From contig CAWBZI010000004.1 in NCBI GenBank assembly GCA_963793265.1, positions 512,001 through 576,000 of the forward strand: a stretch of 64,000 nt of DNA. The letters are read 5' to 3'. How positions within the stretch are numbered: the first letter of the stretch is position 1; every line of letters starts with the position of its first letter. The position numbers and the translations under genes are program-made. The notes beneath the pieces are model-generated. The model saw only the letters and a program-made list of their open reading frames with translations, made no database searches and was not told the origin of the DNA. This DNA is from an uncultured cyanobacterium (GTDB lineage: Bacteria; Cyanobacteriota; Cyanobacteriia; Phormidesmidales; Phormidesmidaceae). Shown piece after piece: positions 1 through 10,559 of this stretch.

Positions 1-1001
1 ACCTCTCAAACACATGCGGCAAATCCGCCGCTGCAATACCCAAACCCGTATCTGATATCGCTACCTGCACATATTTTTCTTTGGTGAAGGTGCTAATCTT
101 TCACCTCACCTGAGGGCGTGTGTCGCAGGGCATTGCTCAGTAGGTTCACTAGCACCTGCTCTACGCGAGCCGGATCGCCCCAAACAGGCGGCAGGTTCTC
201 GGCTATGTCGGTTTTGAGCTGTAGGGCTTCGGAGCCTAAAAGCTGATCGGCAAAGCGATCGCTCACCCTTAAAATCAAAGGCGCTAAAGCCATCTCCTGC
301 GCGTCAATCGACAGATAGCCCGACTCCAGCTTAGATAGCTCTTGCAGGTCATCCACTAGCCGCTGAAGCCGCTCGGTTTCAGTGGCTAATCTGCCATACG
401 TTTGCGCTGAAGGCTCAATCGTCCCATCCGCTAGCCCCTCCAAATAGCCTCTTACAATCGTCAGCGGCGTACGCAGCTCATGGCTCAAATCACCCACCAA
501 ATCTCGCCGCCGCTGCTCCACCCCTTCCAAGTCATCAGCCATCCGGTTAAAGCCGTGGCCTAGCCGGTCAAACTCAGGAATATCAAGCGGCGGCACTCGC
601 GAAGAGAAATCGCCCGCCGCAAACTGCTGCGTTACTTTTTCCATCCGCAATAGGGGCCGCGCAATTCGCTGCGATAGCCAGTAGCTCGCTGCCCCTGCCG
701 TCGCACCGCCCAGTATAATCGACCACATCATGCCACGTATCCAGGCGTCTTCAAACCCTCGCAAAAGCTGCCCCCTCACCTGCTGAATGCGAACGCCGCG
801 GCGCTCCATTTGCTCTAAAGTCACCACAAAATATCGAGGCGTATAAAGGCGACTGACCGCAGCTAGTGCTATTACGGTTACTGCTAAGACGATGAGCTGC
901 GAAATTAGAAGGCGGCTACGTAGGCTTTGCTTATCTTTGGTGCCAAATACGTGTTTATCCGGGTGACTTGAGCTATCAGTGGCGCTAGTTTTTGGAGTCA
1001 T
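1..1001 (-). pseudogene. HAMP-HisKA-HATPase sensor histidine kinase, frameshifted near 99-101; C-terminus runs off the window edge
   Basis: Two TM segments, HAMP, H-box SHELRTPLT and N-box NLLSNALRHT. The ORF stops at 93, but the shifted frame continues ISTFTKEKYVQVAISDTGLGIAAADLPHVFER (G1 and F boxes). May be a sequence error. Confidence 0.85.
255..262. repeat. HIP1 octamer GCGATCGC (example; recurs throughout the window)
   Basis: Also at 2407, 15786, 16859 and dozens of other sites; a cyanobacterial hallmark. Confidence 0.95.
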
Positions 1002-1723
1002 CAGGCATCCTCAAACCGATAGCCTACGCCAACAACTGTTTTTACAAACGAGGGGGCAGATGGATTAGGCTCTATTTTTTTACGCAACCGAGCAATGTGA
1101 GCATCGACGACTCTCTCATCACCAAAAAAGTCATTGCCCCACAGTTTTTCAATGAGCTGTGAGCGGTTCCACACTCGCCCCGGATAGCTCATAAAGGTGG
1201 CTAGCAGGTCAAACTCTAACGGCGTGAGTTCTAAGAGCTGCTGTGAGTCGGGCGCATCAGCGATTTGCTCAGTAGTTTGATGGGCCGTTCGCTGGTCGAG
1301 ATCAAGGGTGAAGTGACTGGTTTGATAGGTGCGGCTGGCGCTTTGTCCGCCCTGTCTGAGGCTGCGGCGCAATACAGCGCGAACCCTGGCAACCAGCTCG
1401 CGCGGGCTAAAGGGCTTCACCATGTAGTCGTCGGCCCCAGTCGATAGCCCAATGATGCGGTCTATTTCCTCACCTTTAGCCGTGAGCATCATGATGTAGG
1501 GATCTTTGAGCCCTTTTTGCTGGCGAATGCGAGCGCAAACCTCTAGCCCGTCCAAGCCGGGCAGCATCAGATCTAGAATGATGAGGTCAGGCTGCACCGT
1601 TTTGAATCGTTCGAGGGCCGCACTGCCTTCTCGGCAAATGTGACAGGTAAATCCTTCTTTAGACAAATAAAGCTGGATAAGTTCGGCAATTTCGACCTCA
1701 TCTTCCACAATCAGAATGTCCAT
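1001..1723 (-). CDS. OmpR-family response regulator
   Basis: REC domain (ILIVEDE, DLMLP, KPF) plus winged HTH; 1-bp TGATG overlap with the kinase. Confidence 0.95.
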   Translation of the reverse strand: MDILIVEDEVEIAELIQLYLSKEGFTCHICREGSAALERFKTVQPDLIILDLMLPGLDGLEVCARIRQQKGLKDPYIMMLTAKGEEIDRIIGLSTGADDYMVKPFSPRELVARVRAVLRRSLRQGGQSASRTYQTSHFTLDLDQRTAHQTTEQIADAPDSQQLLELTPLEFDLLATFMSYPGRVWNRSQLIEKLWGNDFFGDERVVDAHIARLRKKIEPNPSAPSFVKTVVGVGYRFEDA

Positions 1724-1917
1724 AGCTAAACTTTAATGTCTCCTTCCCATGTACCTGCTTGGTGTGACCGTTAATAAAAGTCCGTAAAGGTGGCTTGCTA
1801 ACTTGCCCTAGCTGTGGTTGTGGCCTAATCTCTCTAAAGGGTAGTGTATCGCCTGCCAACGACTCTCCCCGGTGCATCTTATTTATATATTTTTGGAAAT
1901 ATCAGCGTTCTCAATGA

Positions 1918-4900
1918 ATGCTCCGTATTATGTCTGCACTTACCTTTGAGCTTTTATCGGCAGAACTGACTGAGACTATTACAGGCCAAGGCAATACGCC
2001 GCCTGAAACCACCGCTCGCTGTACGCTGGGCCGAGATAAGGTGATGGTGCTGGTAGAGTATCCGCTAGATAGTGCTCAAGCTGAGCCGATGGCAACCCAA
2101 ACGCTGGACTGGCTAGAGCGACAGCTTCGCGAGCAGTTTGATACTGCCGGTTTGCCTGAAGAAGCTGCTGAGCTGGCTGAAGTCGGGGCTGAAGTGCCTG
2201 TACAGCTATTTTTGAAGCACGTCAGTGAAACTAAGCCGTTTACGATGCGCTCGTTCATTTGGAAGGTGGATGATGGCTTTGATGATCTATTCGGTGAGCT
2301 AGGCAGCGAAAACTTTCTAGAGTCTGAGATTGAGCAAGCGGCTAAGTCAGATATAGACGAGGAAAATAGGGCTGAAGCGCCAGTTTTACAGACGGTGCAG
2401 ATGGGTGCGATCGCTTCTACAAGCGCTAAACCAGAAAATGCCGGGTCAGAACAGCCACCTACCGACGACGCCAACTACGACAAACCCTACTTTCATAGAG
2501 CTATTGCTGAACCTGTCTCTACCGCCGAAGCAGATGTTGCCGAGGATGAGGCGATCGCATCTAACGCTGAAGCGTCTAGCGCCACAGAAATTACGGCAAC
2601 CGGCATCAACGCTGTAAAAACGGGTGTTTTACCAGAGTCAGGCGTCGCCAACGAACCCGCTTTTGCGACATCCCTTTCAGATGATTCAGATGACACAGAC
2701 AGCATAGGTATAGACAGCTTAGATGAAGAGGAATTAGTCCCTCCAGAGCTAGACCACGATCATTTCCAGATCGAGCCTGAGAATGAACTATCTGAGGAAG
2801 CTCAATTTGAATCAGAGAAGGCTTTTGGCTTAGAAAGTTTAGACGGTATTTTTCAGCTAGACGACGAACTTGCCCTAGCCTCTGAAGCTTCATTAGATGC
2901 TGATTTAGCCGCTGATCTATCCGCTGCTGGACTATCTGTAGGAGAACCAGCCACAGAGCTAATGTTGCCGGGTGAATCACCAGAGCTAGACGTGGACGAG
3001 TTCAACCTACCAACGCTAGATTTGCCGGGTGCTAATGTGCCAGGGATTCAGCCTGCCGATGCGGAATTTTTCAATATCGAAGCAGCCAGTTCCACTCAGA
3101 CATGCTTAGAAGAGCCGGTTGAACTCGATTTCTCAGCAGATCTAGAGGCATCTTTGGCTGCGTCTTTAACCCATACTCACGAGATCACAGGTGAGATACC
3201 AGCAGCGCACGCTGACTCTGATGTGGTGATTGCGCCTGAAGAAAGCACTCTCGAAGCGCACACGCCTGAAGAAGATATCTCTGAAGAAGAGGATGCCTTT
3301 GAAGAAATGTCATTGTCTGAAGAGCTGTCGTTAGAGGAGTCTGAAGACACCTACACCTATGCAGACACCTACTCGGACGCCGATACCTATTCAGACGCCG
3401 ACCTCTCTTTAGACCCTGATCTCTACTTAGCGGAGCCCGACCTATCTTTAGACTCTGATTTGTCTGACGAAGCGGACTATGACAGTACAGCTAGCGCAGC
3501 CGATACAGCTGACGACATAGAGACTTACGGCTACCAGGAAGAGACGACTGAAGAAGACTACGAAATCGATCCGGCCTATCAGCTAGGCGATCCGTCAGCC
3601 GTTGATACTGAAGGCGAACCGCTAGAGCCAGTAGCATTGATAGACGAAAACGAGGTGCAGCGGCAGCGCGAGCTATGGAATCAGCAATCGCAATCGCGCA
3701 ACCCCTGGATCTTTGCAGGAGCGTTGGGCTTTGTTGTTGTTGGTCTTTTAGGCTTTGTATTCAGTCGTCCTTGCACATTTGGCGAGTGCACCCGTCTGCA
3801 AACGGCCCAAACCCTGAGCGAAGAAGCCATCAGCGACCTGCGAGGCGAGTCATCTTTGGCCGCTGTGAACGATTCCAAGCAGCAGCTCAAGCGATCCGTT
3901 CGTTTACTTGCACCAATTCCTCTCTGGTCGCGCTACTACAGTCAGGCGCAGGCCCTTTTGCCTGAATATGAGGAACAGGTGCGATCACTCGACTATATAA
4001 CCGAAGCTCAGGCCAAAGCCTACCAGGCCGCCGTAGACTCTCAAGATCCACCGCACCCTGTCTCTACCTGGCAGGAAATCGCTGCTGGCTGGCTAGCGGC
4101 CTCTGAAGCGCTAGAAGCCGTGCCCGCTGACAGCCCTGTGCGAGAGCTAGCCGACCGTAAGCTCACTGAATATCGGGCGAACCGGGCCACTATTTTGGTG
4201 CGAATTGACGCTGAGTCTAAAGCTGAGGTGGGAATGCGTCAGGCTCAGCAAAATGCCAGTTTGGGCACTAAGCAGATTCAGGCGGCAGGTGCCTTAGAAG
4301 ATTGGGAAACGGCGCTGGCCTCTTGGGAAACAGCGGTTGATAATTTGAGCCAAATCCCGCAGGGTACGAAAGCACATGGGGAGGCACAGGAGCTTTTGCC
4401 TGAGTATATAGAGAAGCTGGAGGAGGTGCGATCGCGCACAGAACAGGAACGCAGCGCCAGCCGCAGCCTATTCCAGGCCAAACAAATTGCCGTAGAAGCC
4501 CAGAGGGCCGAAGCTGAGGAGCAGTGGAGCACCGCCGTTGAAAACTGGCAGGCCGCGCTAAGACAGCTTCAGACCGTGCGTGAAGGCACCTTGGCTTACG
4601 CCGAAGCTCAGGCTGTTGCAGGTCTTTACACCGCCGCGCTCAGCAAAGCTGAAAACAACTTTCAAATTGCGCTACGGTTTCAGCCGGTCGAGCCTGGCTT
4701 TTTCACCGTTTGCGGCGTTGCAGATACCCAAAAGTGCACCTACTCCGTGCGCTCAGGCAGCGTCCGCCTAGATCTTTTCGACGGCTACGATACGGTCATC
4801 AACGAGTCCATTACCCCCCCCGATCAGCGCAACGGAGCCGTCGAAGTCTCTCAGCTTGTGGGCGAATCTAATCGGCTGCTGCGAGAGATCACGCTGCTGA

Positions 4901-4992
4901 GCACTCAGGGCCAGCTACCGATTGAGCTATACGATGCCAACGGTGATTTCCTCGCCCGCTACCGCCCCGACTTAAACGGCTTCACCCGGTAG
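1918..4992 (+). CDS. Large membrane-anchored hypothetical protein (acidic linker, one TM, helical-repeat C-terminus)
   Basis: 1024-aa ORF; D/E-rich region, TM WIFAGALGFVVVGLLGFVF, then repeated W-x2-A-x3-W helices. Confidence 0.8.
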   Translation: MLRIMSALTFELLSAELTETITGQGNTPPETTARCTLGRDKVMVLVEYPLDSAQAEPMATQTLDWLERQLREQFDTAGLPEEAAELAEVGAEVPVQLFLKHVSETKPFTMRSFIWKVDDGFDDLFGELGSENFLESEIEQAAKSDIDEENRAEAPVLQTVQMGAIASTSAKPENAGSEQPPTDDANYDKPYFHRAIAEPVSTAEADVAEDEAIASNAEASSATEITATGINAVKTGVLPESGVANEPAFATSLSDDSDDTDSIGIDSLDEEELVPPELDHDHFQIEPENELSEEAQFESEKAFGLESLDGIFQLDDELALASEASLDADLAADLSAAGLSVGEPATELMLPGESPELDVDEFNLPTLDLPGANVPGIQPADAEFFNIEAASSTQTCLEEPVELDFSADLEASLAASLTHTHEITGEIPAAHADSDVVIAPEESTLEAHTPEEDISEEEDAFEEMSLSEELSLEESEDTYTYADTYSDADTYSDADLSLDPDLYLAEPDLSLDSDLSDEADYDSTASAADTADDIETYGYQEETTEEDYEIDPAYQLGDPSAVDTEGEPLEPVALIDENEVQRQRELWNQQSQSRNPWIFAGALGFVVVGLLGFVFSRPCTFGECTRLQTAQTLSEEAISDLRGESSLAAVNDSKQQLKRSVRLLAPIPLWSRYYSQAQALLPEYEEQVRSLDYITEAQAKAYQAAVDSQDPPHPVSTWQEIAAGWLAASEALEAVPADSPVRELADRKLTEYRANRATILVRIDAESKAEVGMRQAQQNASLGTKQIQAAGALEDWETALASWETAVDNLSQIPQGTKAHGEAQELLPEYIEKLEEVRSRTEQERSASRSLFQAKQIAVEAQRAEAEEQWSTAVENWQAALRQLQTVREGTLAYAEAQAVAGLYTAALSKAENNFQIALRFQPVEPGFFTVCGVADTQKCTYSVRSGSVRLDLFDGYDTVINESITPPDQRNGAVEVSQLVGESNRLLREITLLSTQGQLPIELYDANGDFLARYRPDLNGFTR

Positions 4993-5005
4993 AGGCAGCG
5001 TCAGA

Positions 5006-5779
5006 CTATTGCGGATCGACAAGCTGCATGGCCGCTGTAAAAAACTGCCGCATAATGCCAAATGTCACGACCAGCGCTGCGATCAAAGTCGCCAGCGCCA
5101 GCATAAACATAATCAAAATCTGATAGACCGCAGCCGTCAAAGGATCTGCGCCCGCTAGAATTTGGCCGGTAATCATCCCCGGTAGCGTCACCAGTCCCAC
5201 CACCATCATCGCGTTAATGGTAGGAATTAGCCCGGCCTTAATCGCCGCCTGCCGGTAGGTTTGTACGGCCTGAGCAGGCGTTGCCCCCAAGCTCAAATGC
5301 GTTTCTATTTCAATGCGATTATTTCGCAGCGCGCTCACCAGCCGCTCACCCGCAATTGAAGCTGCCGTCATCGCATTGCCCAGCACAATCCCTGTCAGCG
5401 GAATCAGGTAGCGCGGGTCGTACCAGGGGTCGGGCTGAATTACAAACAGGCTCACGTAGGTCATCGTTATCAGCCCGCTGCCAAATACGGCCAGCCACAC
5501 CCACTGCAATAGCCTGGGCAGCTCGCGATCTATGCGGCTGCGGGCGACAACGGCGGCAATCGTTACCATGCCGATGAGTACCGCTAATATGGCTAGCGGA
5601 TTGCGAGTTTCAAAGATGATAGCGAGGAAAAGGCCGATGCCTAAGAGCTGAACTATCGTGCGGACAGTGGCGATCGCCAGCATTTTTGAAAGGCCCAAGC
5701 CCTGCCAGCTTGATAGACCAATAGCGATCGCCATCAGTCCTACCGCCCACAGCATCCCTATCAAGCTCGGCTCAATCAT
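5006..5779 (-). CDS. UPF0014 / FetB-like ABC permease
   Basis: Motifs RTIVQLL, YLIPLTGIVLGNAM, LSLGAT, GLVTLPGMITGQIL; likely ATG start at 5779. Confidence 0.88.
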   Translation of the reverse strand: MIEPSLIGMLWAVGLMAIAIGLSSWQGLGLSKMLAIATVRTIVQLLGIGLFLAIIFETRNPLAILAVLIGMVTIAAVVARSRIDRELPRLLQWVWLAVFGSGLITMTYVSLFVIQPDPWYDPRYLIPLTGIVLGNAMTAASIAGERLVSALRNNRIEIETHLSLGATPAQAVQTYRQAAIKAGLIPTINAMMVVGLVTLPGMITGQILAGADPLTAAVYQILIMFMLALATLIAALVVTFGIMRQFFTAAMQLVDPQ

Positions 5780-5952
5780 TACCTCAAATTCCCAAAAGGT
5801 GAAAAACAGCGTGTCAGCCGATGAATTCGTCCGCTTGCTGGTCACATCATCCCGCAAAATCGCTGTAGAATGCACCAGAAGTCATGCATTCGCAGCTTAG
5901 TTCTCCAATAAATCGGCGCTCTCACCTACCGCCCTCATTTTTAGGTATTAAT

Positions 5953-7089
5953 GTGAACAAAGTCATCACCCCGGTTCCGCCTCTCGATCTGACTCGTCAA
6001 TACGCCACGATTGAAAGTGACGTGAGTGCAGCCGTTTTGAAGGTGCTGGCTTCAGGGCAGTACATTAATGGCCCGGTGGTGCAGTCGTTTTCAGATGAGT
6101 TTGGTGAGTATGTGGGCACTGACGAGTGCGTGGTGTGTAATTCAGGCACAGATGCGCTGTATCTGGCACTGCGGGCGCTAAATATTGGTGCAGGCGATGA
6201 GGTGATTACCTCGCCTTTTACATTTATTGCCACGGCTGAGGCAATCAGTGCGGTTGGGGCTAAGCCCGTTTTTATTGATATTGAGCTAGCCACCTTTAAT
6301 TTTGATCCGAGCAAACTAGAGGCCGCGATTACCGAGCGCACGAAGGCGATTATGCCTGTGCATATTTTTGGCCAGCCGGTAGACATGGATGCGGTGATGG
6401 CCGTTGCCAATAAGCATTCTCTGCCAGTGATTGAAGACTGCGCCCAGGCCACAGGAGCGCGCTGGGACGATAGAAAAGTCGGTAGCATTGGCCGCGTGGG
6501 CTGCTTTAGCTTTTTTCCCACCAAGAACTTAGGCGGCTGTGGAGACGGTGGCGCGCTGACGACAAACGATCCTGAGATTGCCGCAACTGCCCGGCTGATT
6601 CGCGACCATGGCAGTAAGGAGCGCTATCACCATGAGGCTATCGGTATCAACAGCCGGTTGGATGCGGTGCAGGCGGCGATTTTGAAAATTAAGCTTCAGT
6701 ACTTGGAAAAATGGAACGCTCAGCGGCGAGACGTTGCCGCGTACTACCGGCAGCTATTAGCGCCGATTGACGGGGTGCGATCGCCCGGTGCGATGGGTCA
6801 TACCGTATGGAATCAGTACAGCATTTTGCTAGAAGGGTTCGACGGCGATAAGCGCGATCGCCTGCGCGAGAATATGAAAGCACAAGGCGTTGCGACGATG
6901 GTGTACTACCCACTGCCTTTGCACCGTCAGCCTGTCTTCAAAGACCTGGGCTACTCATCGGCGTCACTGCCTGTGACCGATCGGGCCGCTAATGAAGTGC
7001 TGGCTTTACCCATGTTTCCAGAACTCACTGCCGCGCAGCAAGAGCAAGTTGTTCAAGCTTTGAAAAACGCGATGGAAGAAATACGTTAG
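5953..7089 (+). CDS. DegT/DnrJ/EryC1/StrS PLP-dependent aminotransferase
   Basis: NSGTDAL, IEDCAQA, SFFPTKNLG (PLP lysine); likely GTG start at 5953. Confidence 0.93.
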   Translation: MNKVITPVPPLDLTRQYATIESDVSAAVLKVLASGQYINGPVVQSFSDEFGEYVGTDECVVCNSGTDALYLALRALNIGAGDEVITSPFTFIATAEAISAVGAKPVFIDIELATFNFDPSKLEAAITERTKAIMPVHIFGQPVDMDAVMAVANKHSLPVIEDCAQATGARWDDRKVGSIGRVGCFSFFPTKNLGGCGDGGALTTNDPEIAATARLIRDHGSKERYHHEAIGINSRLDAVQAAILKIKLQYLEKWNAQRRDVAAYYRQLLAPIDGVRSPGAMGHTVWNQYSILLEGFDGDKRDRLRENMKAQGVATMVYYPLPLHRQPVFKDLGYSSASLPVTDRAANEVLALPMFPELTAAQQEQVVQALKNAMEEIR

Positions 7090-7351
7090 AAAGCGCCTAT
7101 ATTCTCTCTATTCTTTATGTTTTCTTTCAGTTGAAAATAGCGCTTAGCCCCATATCAAAGATCACGCCAAAATGCCGGTACAAAAAGACCTGTGGCGGGT
7201 GGAAATCCGTCTATGGGGCCGCACCCTTTTTTGTACTTTTGTATACTATTGTAAGAATATGTGAGCGTGCTGTCTGTGCAAGAAAGTCTCTTTTATGGAG
7301 TATTTGCACCTAGCGGTAACGCTTTAACCGTGAGTGTAGCTTTTTGCCGCT

Positions 7352-9112
7352 ATGACAGATTTAACTGGTTCGACTGAGCCCTTCCCAAGCACTATTTCTA
7401 CTGAGAATGTTAACGATCCTCGCTATATGCGCCGCTACGACTGGCGAGCGATCGCTAAATACTATCGCTGGCGACCGCTAGGCGTTTTATGGCGAACGCT
7501 GGCTGTTTCTTGGATGCTGGGCTCTTTTGCGCTGGGCCTGCTGAGCGATCGCCTCTTCAACCGTACGGTTGCCAATCAAACAAAAAGAGCCATTCGCCTG
7601 AGGCAAATTCTCACCAAGCTAGGGCCAACCTTTATCAAAGTCGGTCAGGCGCTCTCTACACGCCCCGATCTGATTAAGCCCAGCTTTTTAGACGAGCTGA
7701 TCAAGCTGCAAGATCAGCTACCGCCCTTTTCAGATGCGATCGCCCGTCAAATCATTTACAACGACCTGAATCGCACCCCTGAAGAAATCTACAGCACGTT
7801 CTCAGCTGAACCCGTTGCGGCGGCTAGTTTAGGCCAGGTCTACAAAGCTCGCCTGTACAGCGGCGAAGAAGTCGCTGTTAAAGTGCAGCGGCCCAACCTG
7901 ATGCCGATTATTTGCCGCGACCTTTACATTTTGCGCTGGGCCGCTGGCTGGATTGCGCCCTGGCTACCGTTGAACTTAGGTCACGATCTTTCTTTAATTG
8001 TGGATGAGTTTGGCAGCAAGCTTTTTGAAGAAGTTGATTACATCAACGAAGGTCATAACGCAGAGAGATTTGCCGATAACTTCCAAAACGACCCGATGAT
8101 TAAAGTGCCAACTATCTATTGGCAATACACCAGCGCGCATGTGCTGACGATGGAATGGATCAACGGCTTTAAGCTTACCGACACCGACCGGGTGAAGCAG
8201 GCCGGGCTAGCCAGCAACGATTTAGTCGAAATCGGCGTTTCTTCTGGCCTCAGACAGCTCTTAGAATTTGGCTTCTTTCACGCCGATCCGCATCCTGGCA
8301 ACCTGTTTGCCCTACCCGATGGTCGCATGGCCTACATCGACTTCGGCATGACCGATCAGCTCGATCAGCTCACCAAAGAGACGCTCGTTGACTCAGTTGT
8401 TCACCTAATTAATAAAGACTACGCAGACTTAGCCAACGACTTTGTTAAGCTTGGCTTCCTCACGCCTGACGTAGATGTGCGACCCATCGTTCCTGCTCTA
8501 GAAGCCGTATTCTCAGAGGCGCTTGGTTCGAGCGTTGGCGACTTCAACTTCAAATCCGTGACCGACCAGTTCTCGGAGGTAATGTACGAATATCCATTCC
8601 GAGTCCCTGCCAAGTTCGCGCTGATCATTCGTTCGCTAGTGACCCAGGAAGGGCTTGCGCTTAGCCTAGACCCTAACTTCAAGATTCTTGAGATTGCTTA
8701 CCCCTACGTCGCTAGAAGGCTGCTTACCGCAGAGTCGCCTGCGCTGCGTCGTCGGCTAATCGAAGTGCTCTTTAAAGACGGTCAGCTGCAGTGGCAAAGG
8801 TTAGAGAACCTGCTGATGATTGCCCGCTCTGACGACAGCTTCGATATTATCCCAACTGCTGGCATGGGATTTCAGTTTTTGATGTCGGATGAAGGCAAGT
8901 ACTTGAGGCAGCAGATTTTGCTAGCGCTCACCGAAGACAATCGGTTGCATACCGAAGAAGTGCAGCGACTATGGAGCCTGGTTAAGGACGACCTACAACC
9001 AAATCGTATTATCGGTGCTGCTTGGGATGCGTTCACTGACTTTTCTAAGGAGAGAGCCGTTGCCCTAGTGCCTACAGAGCTAGCAGGCGCTTTTCAAGCG
9101 GTTTCCCGTTAG
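7352..9112 (+). CDS. ABC1/UbiB/AarF atypical kinase
   Basis: LGPTFIKVGQ, AAASLGQVY, VAVKVQRP, FHADPHPGN, DFGM motifs. Confidence 0.95.
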   Translation: MTDLTGSTEPFPSTISTENVNDPRYMRRYDWRAIAKYYRWRPLGVLWRTLAVSWMLGSFALGLLSDRLFNRTVANQTKRAIRLRQILTKLGPTFIKVGQALSTRPDLIKPSFLDELIKLQDQLPPFSDAIARQIIYNDLNRTPEEIYSTFSAEPVAAASLGQVYKARLYSGEEVAVKVQRPNLMPIICRDLYILRWAAGWIAPWLPLNLGHDLSLIVDEFGSKLFEEVDYINEGHNAERFADNFQNDPMIKVPTIYWQYTSAHVLTMEWINGFKLTDTDRVKQAGLASNDLVEIGVSSGLRQLLEFGFFHADPHPGNLFALPDGRMAYIDFGMTDQLDQLTKETLVDSVVHLINKDYADLANDFVKLGFLTPDVDVRPIVPALEAVFSEALGSSVGDFNFKSVTDQFSEVMYEYPFRVPAKFALIIRSLVTQEGLALSLDPNFKILEIAYPYVARRLLTAESPALRRRLIEVLFKDGQLQWQRLENLLMIARSDDSFDIIPTAGMGFQFLMSDEGKYLRQQILLALTEDNRLHTEEVQRLWSLVKDDLQPNRIIGAAWDAFTDFSKERAVALVPTELAGAFQAVSR

Positions 9113-9163
9113 GTTTGGCTGTACAATTGATGTAACAATCATTTACAAAGCAGCGCCGCCTTT

Positions 9164-9532
9164 ATGTACTCTCAACCAACGCCTCCTTATTTCCTGTTAG
9201 CCGCAGGGCTATTCATCGCGATTACCTCTGGTTTTGCATTCTCTTCTGTGCTCAAAGAGACTGTTGGCGACTGGTACAAAAAACGCTCTACTCGCTCTAT
9301 TTCTAAGCTTCAGGGCTTTGACTTACAGCTCCCTTTTGCAGGCATCTGTTTGGGGAGCTGCGTGTTCTTAGCTTCGGGTATGTGTATTTTCGGCTTTAGC
9401 TCTTTGATTGCTTACGGTATGGCGCTGCCGCTGGTAATGCTGAGCGCTGGCTTAGTTTGGTATCAGCTTAGAAAGAACTTGGAGATGCTAGAGAGTGGCA
9501 ACACCCGCGCTTTTGAATTAGACGGGTTCTAA
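9164..9532 (+). CDS. Small membrane protein of unknown function
   Basis: 122 aa with about three hydrophobic segments; fills the gap between flanking genes. Confidence 0.75.
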   Translation: MYSQPTPPYFLLAAGLFIAITSGFAFSSVLKETVGDWYKKRSTRSISKLQGFDLQLPFAGICLGSCVFLASGMCIFGFSSLIAYGMALPLVMLSAGLVWYQLRKNLEMLESGNTRAFELDGF

Positions 9533-9554
9533 AACGCTGCTATAGTTTTTGCTG

Positions 9555-10460
9555 CTATAGGTTCTCCAGCCGAACAAGCTGCTGCTGAGCGACATTGGCC
9601 CAATCTGAGTTCCCTTGCGAAACGTAGATATTAATAGCTGACTGTAGCTGAGCTTTGGCCTCGTCGTAGCGCTGCAAATCGGCTAGCGCTAAAGCTTGTG
9701 CGTAGTAGGCATGAGCAAAGTTGGGGGCCTGATCGAAGGCAATTTCAAATTCTTGCACTGCTGCTTCTAGCTCGCCTTGCTGGACGAGGGTGACACCAAG
9801 GCCGTAGTGGGCCTGAGCGTAGTTAGGATCTAGCGCGATCGCCTGTTCAAACGCCTGCTGTGCTTGGGCCTGCTGCCCCTGTAGCTGATAGATATTGCCA
9901 ATATGAAAGTGCGGTTCGGGTGCAGCCGGGCTGAATATAACGGCCTGGTTGAATGCTTCAAAAGCGGCAGCTTCGTTGCCTCTTTGTCTTTGCAATAGGC
10001 CGACGTTGTAGTGCGCTAAACCAAGCTGTGGTTCTAGCTCAAGGGCTCGGCTTAAGTAGCTTTCGGCCTGATCGAGGTTTTCGCCTTCCAGTAGCGCTGC
10101 GCCTAAGTTTACGTAGGCCAAAGCGAAGGTTGGATCGGCTTGAGTTGCCTGCCAAAAGGCGCTAGCGGCATCCTGAAGCTGGCTGTTTTGGCGCAGGGCC
10201 AGACCCAGGTTGTAGTAGGCAGGTGCGGAGGACGGATCGAGACTGACTGCGCGCTCGAAAGCTGTGATGGCGGCAGTGATATTACCTTGCCGAATGAGAT
10301 CTATGCCCTCGGTGAGGGCGCTGTCGGCGGCGGCGTTTTGAGCTAGGAGGGTGGCGTTTTGTAGCGGGGCGGCGGGGGTCGCGATCGCTAAAGGCCCTAC
10401 GCTAACGCCCATAGAAGCCAGCAGAATCAAATAAGCTTGATAGCGAGTAAGCCGTTTCAT
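9555..10460 (-). CDS. Secreted TPR protein
   Basis: Signal-like N-terminus; repeated AYYNLG / AYVNLG / AHYNVG units. Confidence 0.9.
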   Translation of the reverse strand: MKRLTRYQAYLILLASMGVSVGPLAIATPAAPLQNATLLAQNAAADSALTEGIDLIRQGNITAAITAFERAVSLDPSSAPAYYNLGLALRQNSQLQDAASAFWQATQADPTFALAYVNLGAALLEGENLDQAESYLSRALELEPQLGLAHYNVGLLQRQRGNEAAAFEAFNQAVIFSPAAPEPHFHIGNIYQLQGQQAQAQQAFEQAIALDPNYAQAHYGLGVTLVQQGELEAAVQEFEIAFDQAPNFAHAYYAQALALADLQRYDEAKAQLQSAINIYVSQGNSDWANVAQQQLVRLENL

Positions 10461-10559
10461 AGCTCAGTGTGTTCTCAGTGTGTTCCCATCAATTTATCTG
10501 AATAGTTGCCGCCTCTTACTGTGTTTGTGCCAGTTGATACCATCAGCTTGCCAGCCTGA

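Noticed and set aside
7233..7246. GTA-N8-TAC NtcA-like site upstream of the ABC1 kinase
   Set aside because: Only six specified bases, so several chance matches are expected in 64 kb; no supporting context.
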